A DNA stretch of 32,116 bases from Armatimonadota bacterium (GTDB lineage Bacteria; Sysuimicrobiota; Sysuimicrobiia; Sysuimicrobiales; Humicultoraceae), in assembly GCA_037443365.1 (NCBI GenBank), contig JBBIOM010000022.1:1-32116 (forward strand). The letters are read 5' to 3'. The notes under the pieces were generated by a model. It ran no database searches. It had not been told where the DNA came from and was given only the letters and a program-made list of their open reading frames with translations. Shown here piece by piece: positions 18,474 through 26,357 of the stretch. Every line of letters begins with the position of its first letter. Position 1 is the stretch's first letter. The position numbers and the translations under genes were made by a program.

Positions 18474-19738
18474 GCCTCCCCAGGTTCCTCGGAGTCCACC
18501 GCCAGTTCGAAGAGCTCGGCCGCCAGCTCCAGCGTGCGCGCGTCGTTGCGGGCCGCGGATGCGCGCAGGCGCAGGATCGGCGCCTGGAGCAGCCTGCGCG
18601 CCGTGGCCCTGGCTACCACGCGCACCGCGGCGTGCTGCGCTTCGCTCAGGCCGGCCAGGCGCGTGCGCGCGCGGGCAATCTCGCCTTCCGCGACGGCCTC
18701 CGCCCTGCGCTGCAACGCCGCGATCAGTGGAACCGCCCTACGGGACGCCATCCATTCCTCGAACCCTGCCAGGGCCGCCTCCACGATCGCTTCGGCGCGC
18801 GCCAGATCCTCGGGTGCAACCTCTCCCAGGACCGGCTCGCCCTGGAACTGGTCCAGCGCGTGGAGCGTGACTCCCGGCAGCGCGGCTACCGCCGCGTCCA
18901 CGCCGCGCGGAATGCCCAGGTCGATCACCAGCAGCGGGCGGTCCCGGTCCGCTCCGATGGCATCCGGCGACACGAGCGGCCCGTCGGCGCCCACGCAGAC
19001 GACCATCAGGTCAACGCTGCTGCTCATCTCCGCGATCGCCTCGAGGGAAATCGCCCGGGCCCCGGAGGGGGCCCCCAACTCGCGTGCCGCCTCCAGGGTG
19101 CGGTTGGCCACGGCCACGATCCTGGCCCCGCATTCTGCCAGGAGCCTCACAACGATCGATGCGACCTCCCCGGCACCTACCACGAGCGTGGCCCTTCCGT
19201 CCAGTCGGCCCAGCGCGCGCCTGGCGAGCAGTACCGCGGCCCGAGGGATCGAAGGCGCGCCGCGCGACACGCGGGTTTCGCGGCGCACGCGGCGCCCGGT
19301 GGCTATGGACAGCGCGACCAGGCGGTTGAGCACGGGTCCGGTATGACGGCCCTGGCGCGCGAGATCGAAGGCACGTTTCACCTGCCCGAGTATCTGCTCC
19401 TCGCCCAGCACCATCGAGTCGAGCCCGGAGGCGACCCGCAGTATGTGCCGCGCGGCCGTCCTCCCGCTACGCTCGTAGAGCGAGGCCGCAAACGCCTCGG
19501 TCGGGACTCCGCGCGCGGCGGCGAGCGTCCGGGCCACAGCGGCAGTCGGGGGCGCGCCGGGCGTGATCAGGTACGCCTCGGTGCGGTTGCAGGTGGATAT
19601 CAACATCCCCTCAGAGATCCCCTCGTCTCGGCGCAGCGCCTCGAGAACGGGCAACAGGTCCGCTTCCGCGAGGGCCACGCGCTCGCGCACCTCTACAGGC
19701 GCGGTCCTGTGACTGAGCCCGATCGCCGACAGGATCAT
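18470..19738 (-). CDS. hemA: Glutamyl-tRNA reductase
   Basis: GLSHRTAPVEVRE, STCNRTE (catalytic Cys), SGLDSMVLGEEQILGQVK, NADPH motif VGAGE, NRT. Confidence 0.96.
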   Translation of the reverse strand: MILSAIGLSHRTAPVEVRERVALAEADLLPVLEALRRDEGISEGMLISTCNRTEAYLITPGAPPTAAVARTLAAARGVPTEAFAASLYERSGRTAARHILRVASGLDSMVLGEEQILGQVKRAFDLARQGRHTGPVLNRLVALSIATGRRVRRETRVSRGAPSIPRAAVLLARRALGRLDGRATLVVGAGEVASIVVRLLAECGARIVAVANRTLEAARELGAPSGARAISLEAIAEMSSSVDLMVVCVGADGPLVSPDAIGADRDRPLLVIDLGIPRGVDAAVAALPGVTLHALDQFQGEPVLGEVAPEDLARAEAIVEAALAGFEEWMASRRAVPLIAALQRRAEAVAEGEIARARTRLAGLSEAQHAAVRVVARATARRLLQAPILRLRASAARNDARTLELAAELFELAVDSEEPGEA

Positions 19739-20751
19739 CGCTGGGCGAGGCCCCCCGCGTCTTCCCTCAACCAGCGCGCAACGTCGGCCGCGGCGTAGGT
19801 GATTACGAGATCGGCTCCTGCGCGGCGAATGGCGACCAGCACCTCGCTCATCGCGCGGCGCTCCTCCAACCAGCCCAGTTGGGCCGCGGCCTTGAGCATC
19901 GCGTACTCGCCGCTCACGTGGTAGGCGGCGATCGGAAGCGATACCGCCTCACGGGCGGCGCGTATGACGTCGAGATAGGCGTGGGCGGGCTTGATCATGA
20001 TGATGTCGGCGCCCTCTTTCGCGTCCAGCACAACCTCGCGCAGGGCCTCGCGCACGTTGGCCGGGTCCATCTGGTAGGCGCGCCGGTCGCCGAACTGCGG
20101 GGACGACCCCGCCGCCTCGCGGAACGGGCCATAGAAGGCCGAGGCGTACTTTGCCGCGTAGGCCATGATGCCCACCTGGCCGAAGCCGCCCTCGTCGAGC
20201 GCCTCGCGTATGGCGGCGACCTGCCCGTCCATCATGGCGCTGGGCGCCACCACGTGCGCGCCCGCGGCCGCGTGCGACACCGCGGTGCGGGCCAGCAGGC
20301 CCAACGTCGCGTCGTTGTCCACCCCGTCACCGCACACAACCCCGCAGTGCCCGTGGTCGGTGTAGGCGCACAGGCAGACGTCGGTCATGACAACGGGCAC
20401 GCGGTTCCCCTGTCGGAGCAGGCGCACGGCCTGCTGGATGACGCCGTCGTCCGCGTAGGCCCCGCTGCCGGAGGGGTCCTTCGCGTCGGGAACGCCGAAC
20501 AGCAGCACGGCCTGGATGCCAAGATCCGCCAGGGCGTCCACCTCGCGTGCGAGCTCGTCGGGAGAGAAGCGCGTCTGGCCGGGGAGCGACGCGATAGGTT
20601 CCCTGACACGCGTGCCGGGCCGAACGAACAGGGGCGCGATGAGCATCTCCGGGTGCAGCCGGGCTTCTGCCACGAGCCGCCGGAGCGCATCCGTGGCGCG
20701 CAGCCGGCGCGGACGCACGCGCAGATCAGCGCGCGGTGATTCCCCTGACAT
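19735..20751 (-). CDS. hemB: Porphobilinogen synthase (ALA dehydratase), Zn-type
   Basis: RPRRLR, DVCLCAYTDHGHCG (Zn ligands), APSAMMDG, KYASAFYGPFREA, YQMDP, MIKPA, YHVSGEYAM; ATG 20751 fits the AAAGGAG spacing better than 20757. Confidence 0.97.
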   Translation of the reverse strand: MSGESPRADLRVRPRRLRATDALRRLVAEARLHPEMLIAPLFVRPGTRVREPIASLPGQTRFSPDELAREVDALADLGIQAVLLFGVPDAKDPSGSGAYADDGVIQQAVRLLRQGNRVPVVMTDVCLCAYTDHGHCGVVCGDGVDNDATLGLLARTAVSHAAAGAHVVAPSAMMDGQVAAIREALDEGGFGQVGIMAYAAKYASAFYGPFREAAGSSPQFGDRRAYQMDPANVREALREVVLDAKEGADIIMIKPAHAYLDVIRAAREAVSLPIAAYHVSGEYAMLKAAAQLGWLEERRAMSEVLVAIRRAGADLVITYAAADVARWLREDAGGLAQR

Positions 20752-21556
20752 CGCCATCTCCTTTCATCCCGGCGCCTCGCCCTCGGCTGTGGGCGACCAG
20801 GGCGGCGATCAGCCCATCCGCCGTGTGCTCGCCGGCCACGAAGGCCGGCTCGAATCCCTCTTGCGTCACCGCTGCGGCCGTGACCGGGCCTATGCAGCCG
20901 ATCACCATCGCCCGAAGGCCACGGCGCTCCTCTCCGAGCAGGGCCACCAGGCCGCGCACCGTCGAGGCGCTCGTGAAGAGCACGGTGTCCACCCCCCGTG
21001 ATCCGATAAGGCGGCACGCCTCGGCGCGCGATCGCCTCGGCGCCTCGACCGTCCTGTAGGCCGTCACCTCGTCCACGATCGCGCCCAGGGCAGTCAGCGC
21101 CCTGCGCAGCCCTGGGCCGGCGGCATCCGTGCGCGGCAGCAGCACGCGCGCCCCGGCGACATCGCCCAAAGCGTCGGCGATCGCCTGGGTCAGGTATCTG
21201 GATGGAGTCACGATGTCCGGGACCCCGGCCCGCTTGAGGCCTCTTGCGGTGTACGGCCCTGTCGCCGCCCACCGCGGTCGGGCCCTGCCGGCAAGGTCTA
21301 CACCCAGGGCCCTCGCCCGTGATGCGAGGGCGCGCGCGCCGTTCGCGCTCGTCACCACGACCCAATCGAACCTGTCGATCTCCCGCAGGGCCGTATCCAG
21401 CGGTCCGCCCGCGCGCGGTCCGGCAACGGCTATCGTTGGCACCACCACCGGCTGCGCTCCAAGCCGGATGAGCCGGGCGCACATGCGGCGGCTCTGGCGC
21501 CGCGGACGCGTGACCAGGATGCGCCGGCCGGCCAGCGGCAGCGCCTTCGTACTCAC
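20726..21556 (-). CDS. hemD: Uroporphyrinogen-III synthase
   Basis: LAGRRILVTRP, DWVVVTSANG, GPYTA, AYRT, FTSASTV, CIGPVTA; GTG 21556 overlaps the hemC stop. Confidence 0.93.
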   Translation of the reverse strand: MSTKALPLAGRRILVTRPRRQSRRMCARLIRLGAQPVVVPTIAVAGPRAGGPLDTALREIDRFDWVVVTSANGARALASRARALGVDLAGRARPRWAATGPYTARGLKRAGVPDIVTPSRYLTQAIADALGDVAGARVLLPRTDAAGPGLRRALTALGAIVDEVTAYRTVEAPRRSRAEACRLIGSRGVDTVLFTSASTVRGLVALLGEERRGLRAMVIGCIGPVTAAAVTQEGFEPAFVAGEHTADGLIAALVAHSRGRGAGMKGDGDVRGITAR

Positions 21557-22461
21557 CCGGCCGCCTCCCGCAGGAGCGCGCTGGCTCCCTCGGCCAGCAG
21601 TCGAGTCGCCAGACGCGCACCCAGCTCCGCCGGCGCCGCGACTCGGCCCTCGGCTCCGGCCCGCACCATGCTCTCCCCGGATGGGGCCAGCACCGCGCCC
21701 TGGAGCACCAGGCGCGCGCCGCCGGCGACAGCCAGCGCGGCGATCGGGCGCTGGCATCCCCCGCCCAGGCCGGCCAGGAAGGCGCGCTCCGCCTCCACGG
21801 CGGCGCGGGTTGGCCAGTCGTCCAGCGCAGAGAGTTGCTCCTCCAGGCAGTCCTGGCCAGCACGGCACTGAATCACCACAGCGCCCTGGCCGACCGCCGG
21901 GAGCATCACAGAAGGATCCAGGCGCTCCGCGGCGTGAGCCGCGATGCCAAGCCGCTCCAGGCCGGCTGATGCGATCACGAGCGCGTCCACCTCGCCGGAC
22001 TCCAGCTTGCGGATTCGGGTGTCCACGTTGCCTCTCGTGTCGCGCACCACCAGGCGCGGATTCGCGGCCAGCAGGAACGCCCGGCGTCGCGGGCTCCCGG
22101 TGCCCACCACGCTGCCCGGGGCAAGGCCGCGCAGCCCGGCGCCGTCCCTCGTCATCAGCGCGTCCCTGGGATCCCCGCGCGACGTGAACGCCACCAGCGT
22201 CAAGCCCGGCGTGGCTTCCACCGGAAGGTCCTTGGCGCTGTGCACTGCCAGATCAACCCTTCCTTCCAGCAGCGCGGTTTCGATCTCCCGCACGAACGCG
22301 CCCACGCCGAGGCCGGCCGCAGGACGATCGGGATGCCGGTCCCCCTGCGTGCGGACCGTGACGACCTCGCATCTGTGGCCTTCGGCCTCCAGCGCAGCGA
22401 CCACGGGCGCGGTCTGGGCCATGGCGAGCGCGCTGGCGCGCGTGCCGATGCGCAGGTTCAC
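21553..22461 (-). CDS. hemC: Hydroxymethylbilane synthase (porphobilinogen deaminase)
   Basis: RIGTRASALAMAQ, AVHSAKDLP, GTGSPRR, RGNVDTR, PAVGQG, GGGCQRP (cofactor Cys). Confidence 0.97.
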   Translation of the reverse strand: MNLRIGTRASALAMAQTAPVVAALEAEGHRCEVVTVRTQGDRHPDRPAAGLGVGAFVREIETALLEGRVDLAVHSAKDLPVEATPGLTLVAFTSRGDPRDALMTRDGAGLRGLAPGSVVGTGSPRRRAFLLAANPRLVVRDTRGNVDTRIRKLESGEVDALVIASAGLERLGIAAHAAERLDPSVMLPAVGQGAVVIQCRAGQDCLEEQLSALDDWPTRAAVEAERAFLAGLGGGCQRPIAALAVAGGARLVLQGAVLAPSGESMVRAGAEGRVAAPAELGARLATRLLAEGASALLREAAG

Positions 22462-23117
22462 TGGAGCATGCGCCTTCGCGCATCCCGTCCTTGCGTGCGC
22501 TCCTCATCCCACGCGCGCAGCACCGACATGAAGACCGCGTCGAGGAGGTCGCTTACCTCTACGAGCGTTCGCGCCTGATCCTCATCCAGCATGCCGCCGC
22601 GCCCCCTGGGCTCGGTCACCGTCTTGAGCACGAGGTGCCGGAAGAAGCCGAAGGCCTCGGCGACCTCCACCGGCCCCAGGCCCGCCCTTCGCAGTTGGCG
22701 CCCGTAGTTGCGGCTGTGCTCCTCCATCTTCCTGCGAACGGATCTTCGCGATCGAGGGTCCGCCGCATACCGGGCGAGCGCGGTGAACAGGTGCCGGCCG
22801 TGCGCGCGCGCCCGAGCCCGCAGCGGCTCACCGAGCCCGGCGAACCAGGGCCGCGCCGCCAGCACCCGCGCCGGCCTTCTGGCCAGCAGCTTGGCGCACC
22901 GGCGCTCCAGGAGCCGCCCCAGATCCTCCACGCGGGGAACCTCCTGGTGCATCAGCGCGCGCAGGTCGCCTTCCTGAAACCGCCTGTGCCCGCCGGGAGT
23001 CCGGAAGGTCCGCACCCTTCCGGTGTCGGCCCAGTGCCGCAGCGTTGCCTCGTCCACTCCCAGACGGGTTGCGGCCTGGCCGAGCGGCAGCCAGCGCTCA
23101 ACGCGTTGCTTGCCCAT
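22458..23117 (-). CDS. BldC/excisionase-like (MerR-fold) HTH regulator with a C-terminal all-helical, probably globin-like domain
   Basis: WLPLGQAATRLGVDEATLRHWADTG..RTPGGHRRF..DLRAL; SD GGAGGG before ATG 23117; stop overlaps the hemC start (GTGA). The C-terminal fold is inferred from helix pattern only. Confidence 0.85.
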   Translation of the reverse strand: MGKQRVERWLPLGQAATRLGVDEATLRHWADTGRVRTFRTPGGHRRFQEGDLRALMHQEVPRVEDLGRLLERRCAKLLARRPARVLAARPWFAGLGEPLRARARAHGRHLFTALARYAADPRSRRSVRRKMEEHSRNYGRQLRRAGLGPVEVAEAFGFFRHLVLKTVTEPRGRGGMLDEDQARTLVEVSDLLDAVFMSVLRAWDEERTQGRDARRRMLQ

Positions 23118-23139
23118 CGTGGCCCTCCGGGCTGGCTTT

Positions 23140-23172
23140 CTATGCAAGCCTACGCAATCCTACACTAATCTA
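23140..23172 (-). repeat. Four imperfect direct repeats with exact 10-bp period
   Basis: Minus strand reads TAGATTAGTG / TAGGATTGCG / TAGGCTTGCA / TAG(AAAGCCA); on the + strand CTA starts at 23140, 23150, 23160 and 23170. Confidence 0.7.
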
Positions 23173-23195
23173 GCGGCACCAGGGGGTGTTGCCAA
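23167..23195 (-). promoter_or_regulatory. Putative sigma70-type promoter of the heme operon
   Basis: Minus strand TTGGCA (23195-23190), 17 nt spacer, TAGATT (23172-23167). Confidence 0.65.
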
Positions 23196-23336
23196 GGGGG
23201 CAGCCGGGCGCAGTACCGGCCATCACGGCCAGGGGAACCGTCTGGCCCGAGTAGGAGTTTTCCCGGGCGGGTGCGAACTAACAGGGCGCGCGCCGCAGAT
23301 CGGGCGACGCACGGGTGTCTATTGGAGGGATCCCGC

Positions 23337-24329
23337 ATGACGGTCTATCGCACGCTTGTGATTGTGACCGTGCTTGTCCTGGCCCTCGTAGGGACGTCAG
23401 TGCAGGCCCAGCCGCGGCCGGGCTGGCCGCGGAGCGTGACAATTGGCTCCGCCACGATCGGCGGAGTCTACTTCGTGGTGGCTGGCGGCTACGCGCGGGT
23501 AATCGGCGAGAAGATGGGGATGGCGGCCACCAACCGGGTGACCGGAGGCCCGGTGCAGAACGTGCAGCTCGTGCAGACCAAGGAGATCGAGCTGGGCATG
23601 ACCACGACCGGCCCGGCCTACGAGGGGCTCAACGGCCTCGGGGACTTCAAGGGAAGGAAGACCGACGCGATCCGCGTTGCGTTCCCGATGTACACCTCTT
23701 ACGCGCACTGGATCGTCAACGCCGACTCGCCCATCCGGTCGGTGGCCGACCTCACTGGCAGGGTTGTGAGCCTCGGACCCCGCGGCGGCTCCGCGGAGTT
23801 CGTGGGCGACCGGGTGATCGAGATGTTCGGCATCAAGCCGCGGCGCGTGGTCTACCTTGCATTCGCCGATGGCGCCACGGCGCTGCGCGACGGCACCGTG
23901 GACGCCTGCTTCGGCGTGATCGGGCTGCCGGTTCCGGCCTGGGTAGAGGCCGCGCTCACCCGGCCGATGCGGTTCCTCGGGTTCACAAGGGAGCAGGTCG
24001 AGACCCTTACCGAGAAGTTTCCCTATCTGGCGCGCACCGCCATCCGCGCCGGCGTCTACCGCGGCCAGGACCACGTCATCCCCACCGTGCAGATGTGGAA
24101 CGCGGCGGTCGTGCACAAGGACATGCCCGAGGACTTCGTCTACACGCTCACCAAGACGATCTTCGACAACCGGGAGTTCCTGGCGACAGTGCACGCCACG
24201 TCACACGAGACGATGCCGGTGAACGTCTTCTACATCAAGCTCCCGTTGCACCCTGGCGCCGTGAGGTACTTCCGCGAGCAGGGAGTGCGGATCACGGATG
24301 AGCAGATCCCGCCCGAGATGAAGCGGTAG
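23337..24329 (+). CDS. TAXI-family TRAP transporter substrate-binding protein
   Basis: Sec signal peptide ending VQA; IGSATIGGVYF, VTGGPVQN, IRSVADLTGRVVSLGPRGGS, PLHPGAVRYFRE; SD GGAGGG before ATG 23337. Confidence 0.93.
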   Translation: MTVYRTLVIVTVLVLALVGTSVQAQPRPGWPRSVTIGSATIGGVYFVVAGGYARVIGEKMGMAATNRVTGGPVQNVQLVQTKEIELGMTTTGPAYEGLNGLGDFKGRKTDAIRVAFPMYTSYAHWIVNADSPIRSVADLTGRVVSLGPRGGSAEFVGDRVIEMFGIKPRRVVYLAFADGATALRDGTVDACFGVIGLPVPAWVEAALTRPMRFLGFTREQVETLTEKFPYLARTAIRAGVYRGQDHVIPTVQMWNAAVVHKDMPEDFVYTLTKTIFDNREFLATVHATSHETMPVNVFYIKLPLHPGAVRYFREQGVRITDEQIPPEMKR

Positions 24330-24355
24330 CGTCGGCGACGAGAGGAGACGACCCG

Positions 24356-26302
24356 ATGACCGACCCGTCGGTCGGCCTCCCGGTTGACATCGAGCAGCTA
24401 GGGGACACCTCGGAGATCCGCACGCGGCCTCTCCGGGGTGTCCTGCGCATTCTGGTTCAACTGCTCGGCGTCGGGATGGCCGCCTATCACATACTGCAGC
24501 TCGGCGGCTTCTTCGGGGTCGTGACCGATCCGCAGAAGCTGTACGCGGTACATCTGGCCTTCGTGCTAGTGCTCGCCTTCCTGTTGATCCCTGGCAGGCG
24601 CGCCTCGGCCGCGGCGCCGACCATCTTCGACTGGGCGTTAATCCTGGCGAGCCTTGCCGTGGTGGTCTACGTGTTCGTTGTCTTCAAGGCGCTGACCGGG
24701 CGGGCAGGCGCCTTCCCGACGCGCGAGGATGTATTCTTGGGCACCCTGCTGCTCATCGTCACGATCGAGGCGGTGCGGCGGTCCACGGGCGTTGCGCTGC
24801 CGATTCTGTGCGGTCTGTTCATTGTCTACGTGTTTGCGGGGCCCTGGCTGCCCGGCCTGCTGGCGCACAAGGGTTTCCGGTTCGACACCCTGATATCGTT
24901 CCTGTTCAGCGACAACGGGATCTACGGCGTCCCCATCGGCGTGTCCGCCCGGTACGTCTACCTGTTCATCCTCTTCGGGGCGTTCATAGAGGCCTCGGGC
25001 ATCGGCAAGTTCATTGTGCACCTGGCGCTCAGCGTGGCCGGGAGCAAGCGCGGCGGGCCGGCCAAGGTCTCGATCATAACGAGCAGCCTCTTTGGGACCG
25101 CAAGCGGCTCCTCGGTCGCCAACGTCATGGTGGACGGGGTCATCAACATCCCCCTGATGAAGGCCACGGGGTTCAGGGGCGCGGTGGCCGGAGGGGTCGA
25201 GGCGATGAATAGCACCGGTGGACAGATCGTGCCGCCGGTGATGGGGGCCGCGGCCTTCCTCATGGCCGACATCATCGGCGTCCCGTACTCGGAGATCGCC
25301 GTGGCCGCGATTGGGCCGGCGCTGCTGTACTACGTGGCCGCCTACTGGATGATTGACTTCTACGCGGCTTCGGCCCACCTGCACGGGCTCCCGCGAGAGC
25401 AACTGCCCAGGTTCCGGGCGGTCTTGTTCCAGCACGGGTACCTGCTGATCCCGCTCGTGCTGCTCCTCTACATGATCATGGGGGCCGGCGCTTCGCCGTT
25501 CCGCGCCGCCCTCTACGCCCTGGGCAGCACGGTTGTCCTCTCGTGGATGCGGGCAGACACGCGCCTGAACCTCCGCAAGATCGTGGGTGCCATGGAAGAT
25601 GGCGCAAAGCGCACGATCGAGATCGGGGCCACGTGCGCCGCGGCCGGCATCATCGTGGGGGTGCTCTCGCTCACCGGCCTTGGGGGAAAGTTCTCCGAGC
25701 TGCTCATTGACCTGGCCGGCGGAAGCCTGCTTCTCGCGCTCATCGCCACGATGGTGGTGGCCATCATTCTCGGCATGGGCATGCCCACGACCGCGGCATA
25801 CGCGATCGGCGCGAGCGTGCTGGCGCCGGCGCTGATCAAGCTCGGCGTGATCCCGCTGGCCGCCCACATGTTCCTCTTGTATTTCGCTGTGCTGTCGGCG
25901 ATCACGCCGCCCGTGGCCCTGGCCTCGTTCGCCGCGGCGAGCCTGGCCAAGGCCGGGATGTGGGACACCGGGGTGCAGGCCGTGCGGCTGGCCATTGCCG
26001 GTTTCATTGTGCCCTACATGTTCGTCTACGGTCCGGCGATACTTGTGGGGCAGGGGCCGTGGCTGCCTACGCTGCTTGCGCTCGCTACGGGAACGATCGG
26101 CACGCTCTGCCTGGCCGGCGCCGCCATAGGATACTTCCTCAGGCCGGCCACGGTGCTGGAGCGCCTGCTGCTTCTTCCGACGTCCCTGCTATTGATCCGG
26201 CCCGGCCTGTTGACCGACGGCCTGGGTCTGGGGCTGCTCGCGCTCGTGGTTGTCCTGCAGCGCGTGATGCCCAGGGCCTCGCGGCAGATGCCTGCCACCT
26301 GA
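24356..26302 (+). CDS. TRAP transporter fused permease (4TM/12TM, DctQM-like)
   Basis: Highly hydrophobic; GIYGVPIGVS, GGPAK, SGSSVANV, STGGQIVPPVMGAAAF, LGMGMPTTAAY, ITPPVALA. Confidence 0.94.
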   Translation: MTDPSVGLPVDIEQLGDTSEIRTRPLRGVLRILVQLLGVGMAAYHILQLGGFFGVVTDPQKLYAVHLAFVLVLAFLLIPGRRASAAAPTIFDWALILASLAVVVYVFVVFKALTGRAGAFPTREDVFLGTLLLIVTIEAVRRSTGVALPILCGLFIVYVFAGPWLPGLLAHKGFRFDTLISFLFSDNGIYGVPIGVSARYVYLFILFGAFIEASGIGKFIVHLALSVAGSKRGGPAKVSIITSSLFGTASGSSVANVMVDGVINIPLMKATGFRGAVAGGVEAMNSTGGQIVPPVMGAAAFLMADIIGVPYSEIAVAAIGPALLYYVAAYWMIDFYAASAHLHGLPREQLPRFRAVLFQHGYLLIPLVLLLYMIMGAGASPFRAALYALGSTVVLSWMRADTRLNLRKIVGAMEDGAKRTIEIGATCAAAGIIVGVLSLTGLGGKFSELLIDLAGGSLLLALIATMVVAIILGMGMPTTAAYAIGASVLAPALIKLGVIPLAAHMFLLYFAVLSAITPPVALASFAAASLAKAGMWDTGVQAVRLAIAGFIVPYMFVYGPAILVGQGPWLPTLLALATGTIGTLCLAGAAIGYFLRPATVLERLLLLPTSLLLIRPGLLTDGLGLGLLALVVVLQRVMPRASRQMPAT

Positions 26303-26323
26303 AACGCCCAGGCTTGACGTCCG

Positions 26324-26357
26324 ATGTAGACAGCGGGCAGGTGCCCGCTGTCTGCAT
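26324..26357. repeat. 34-bp near-perfect inverted repeat overlapping the comM start
   Basis: ATGTAGACAGCGGGCA-GG-TGCCCGCTGTCTGCAT; 15 of 16 positions pair, and the mismatch is a G-U wobble in RNA. Confidence 0.75.

Noticed and set aside
17067-19798. 759-aa and 450-aa plus-strand ORFs opposite hemL and hemA
   Set aside because: They lie essentially antisense to well-supported genes, with no motifs or convincing RBS.
22458-23117. Excisionase-like HTH as a sign of a prophage or ICE
   Set aside because: No neighbouring integrase or att site; it has a long extra domain and is coupled to hemC.
25960-26355. N-terminal extension of the comM ORF in the ORF track (similar extensions on hemY, rSAM, hemD, rnhB, rplS, xerC)
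   Set aside because: They mostly overlap upstream genes and lack family similarity; downstream starts match family N-termini, SD sites or start-stop coupling.
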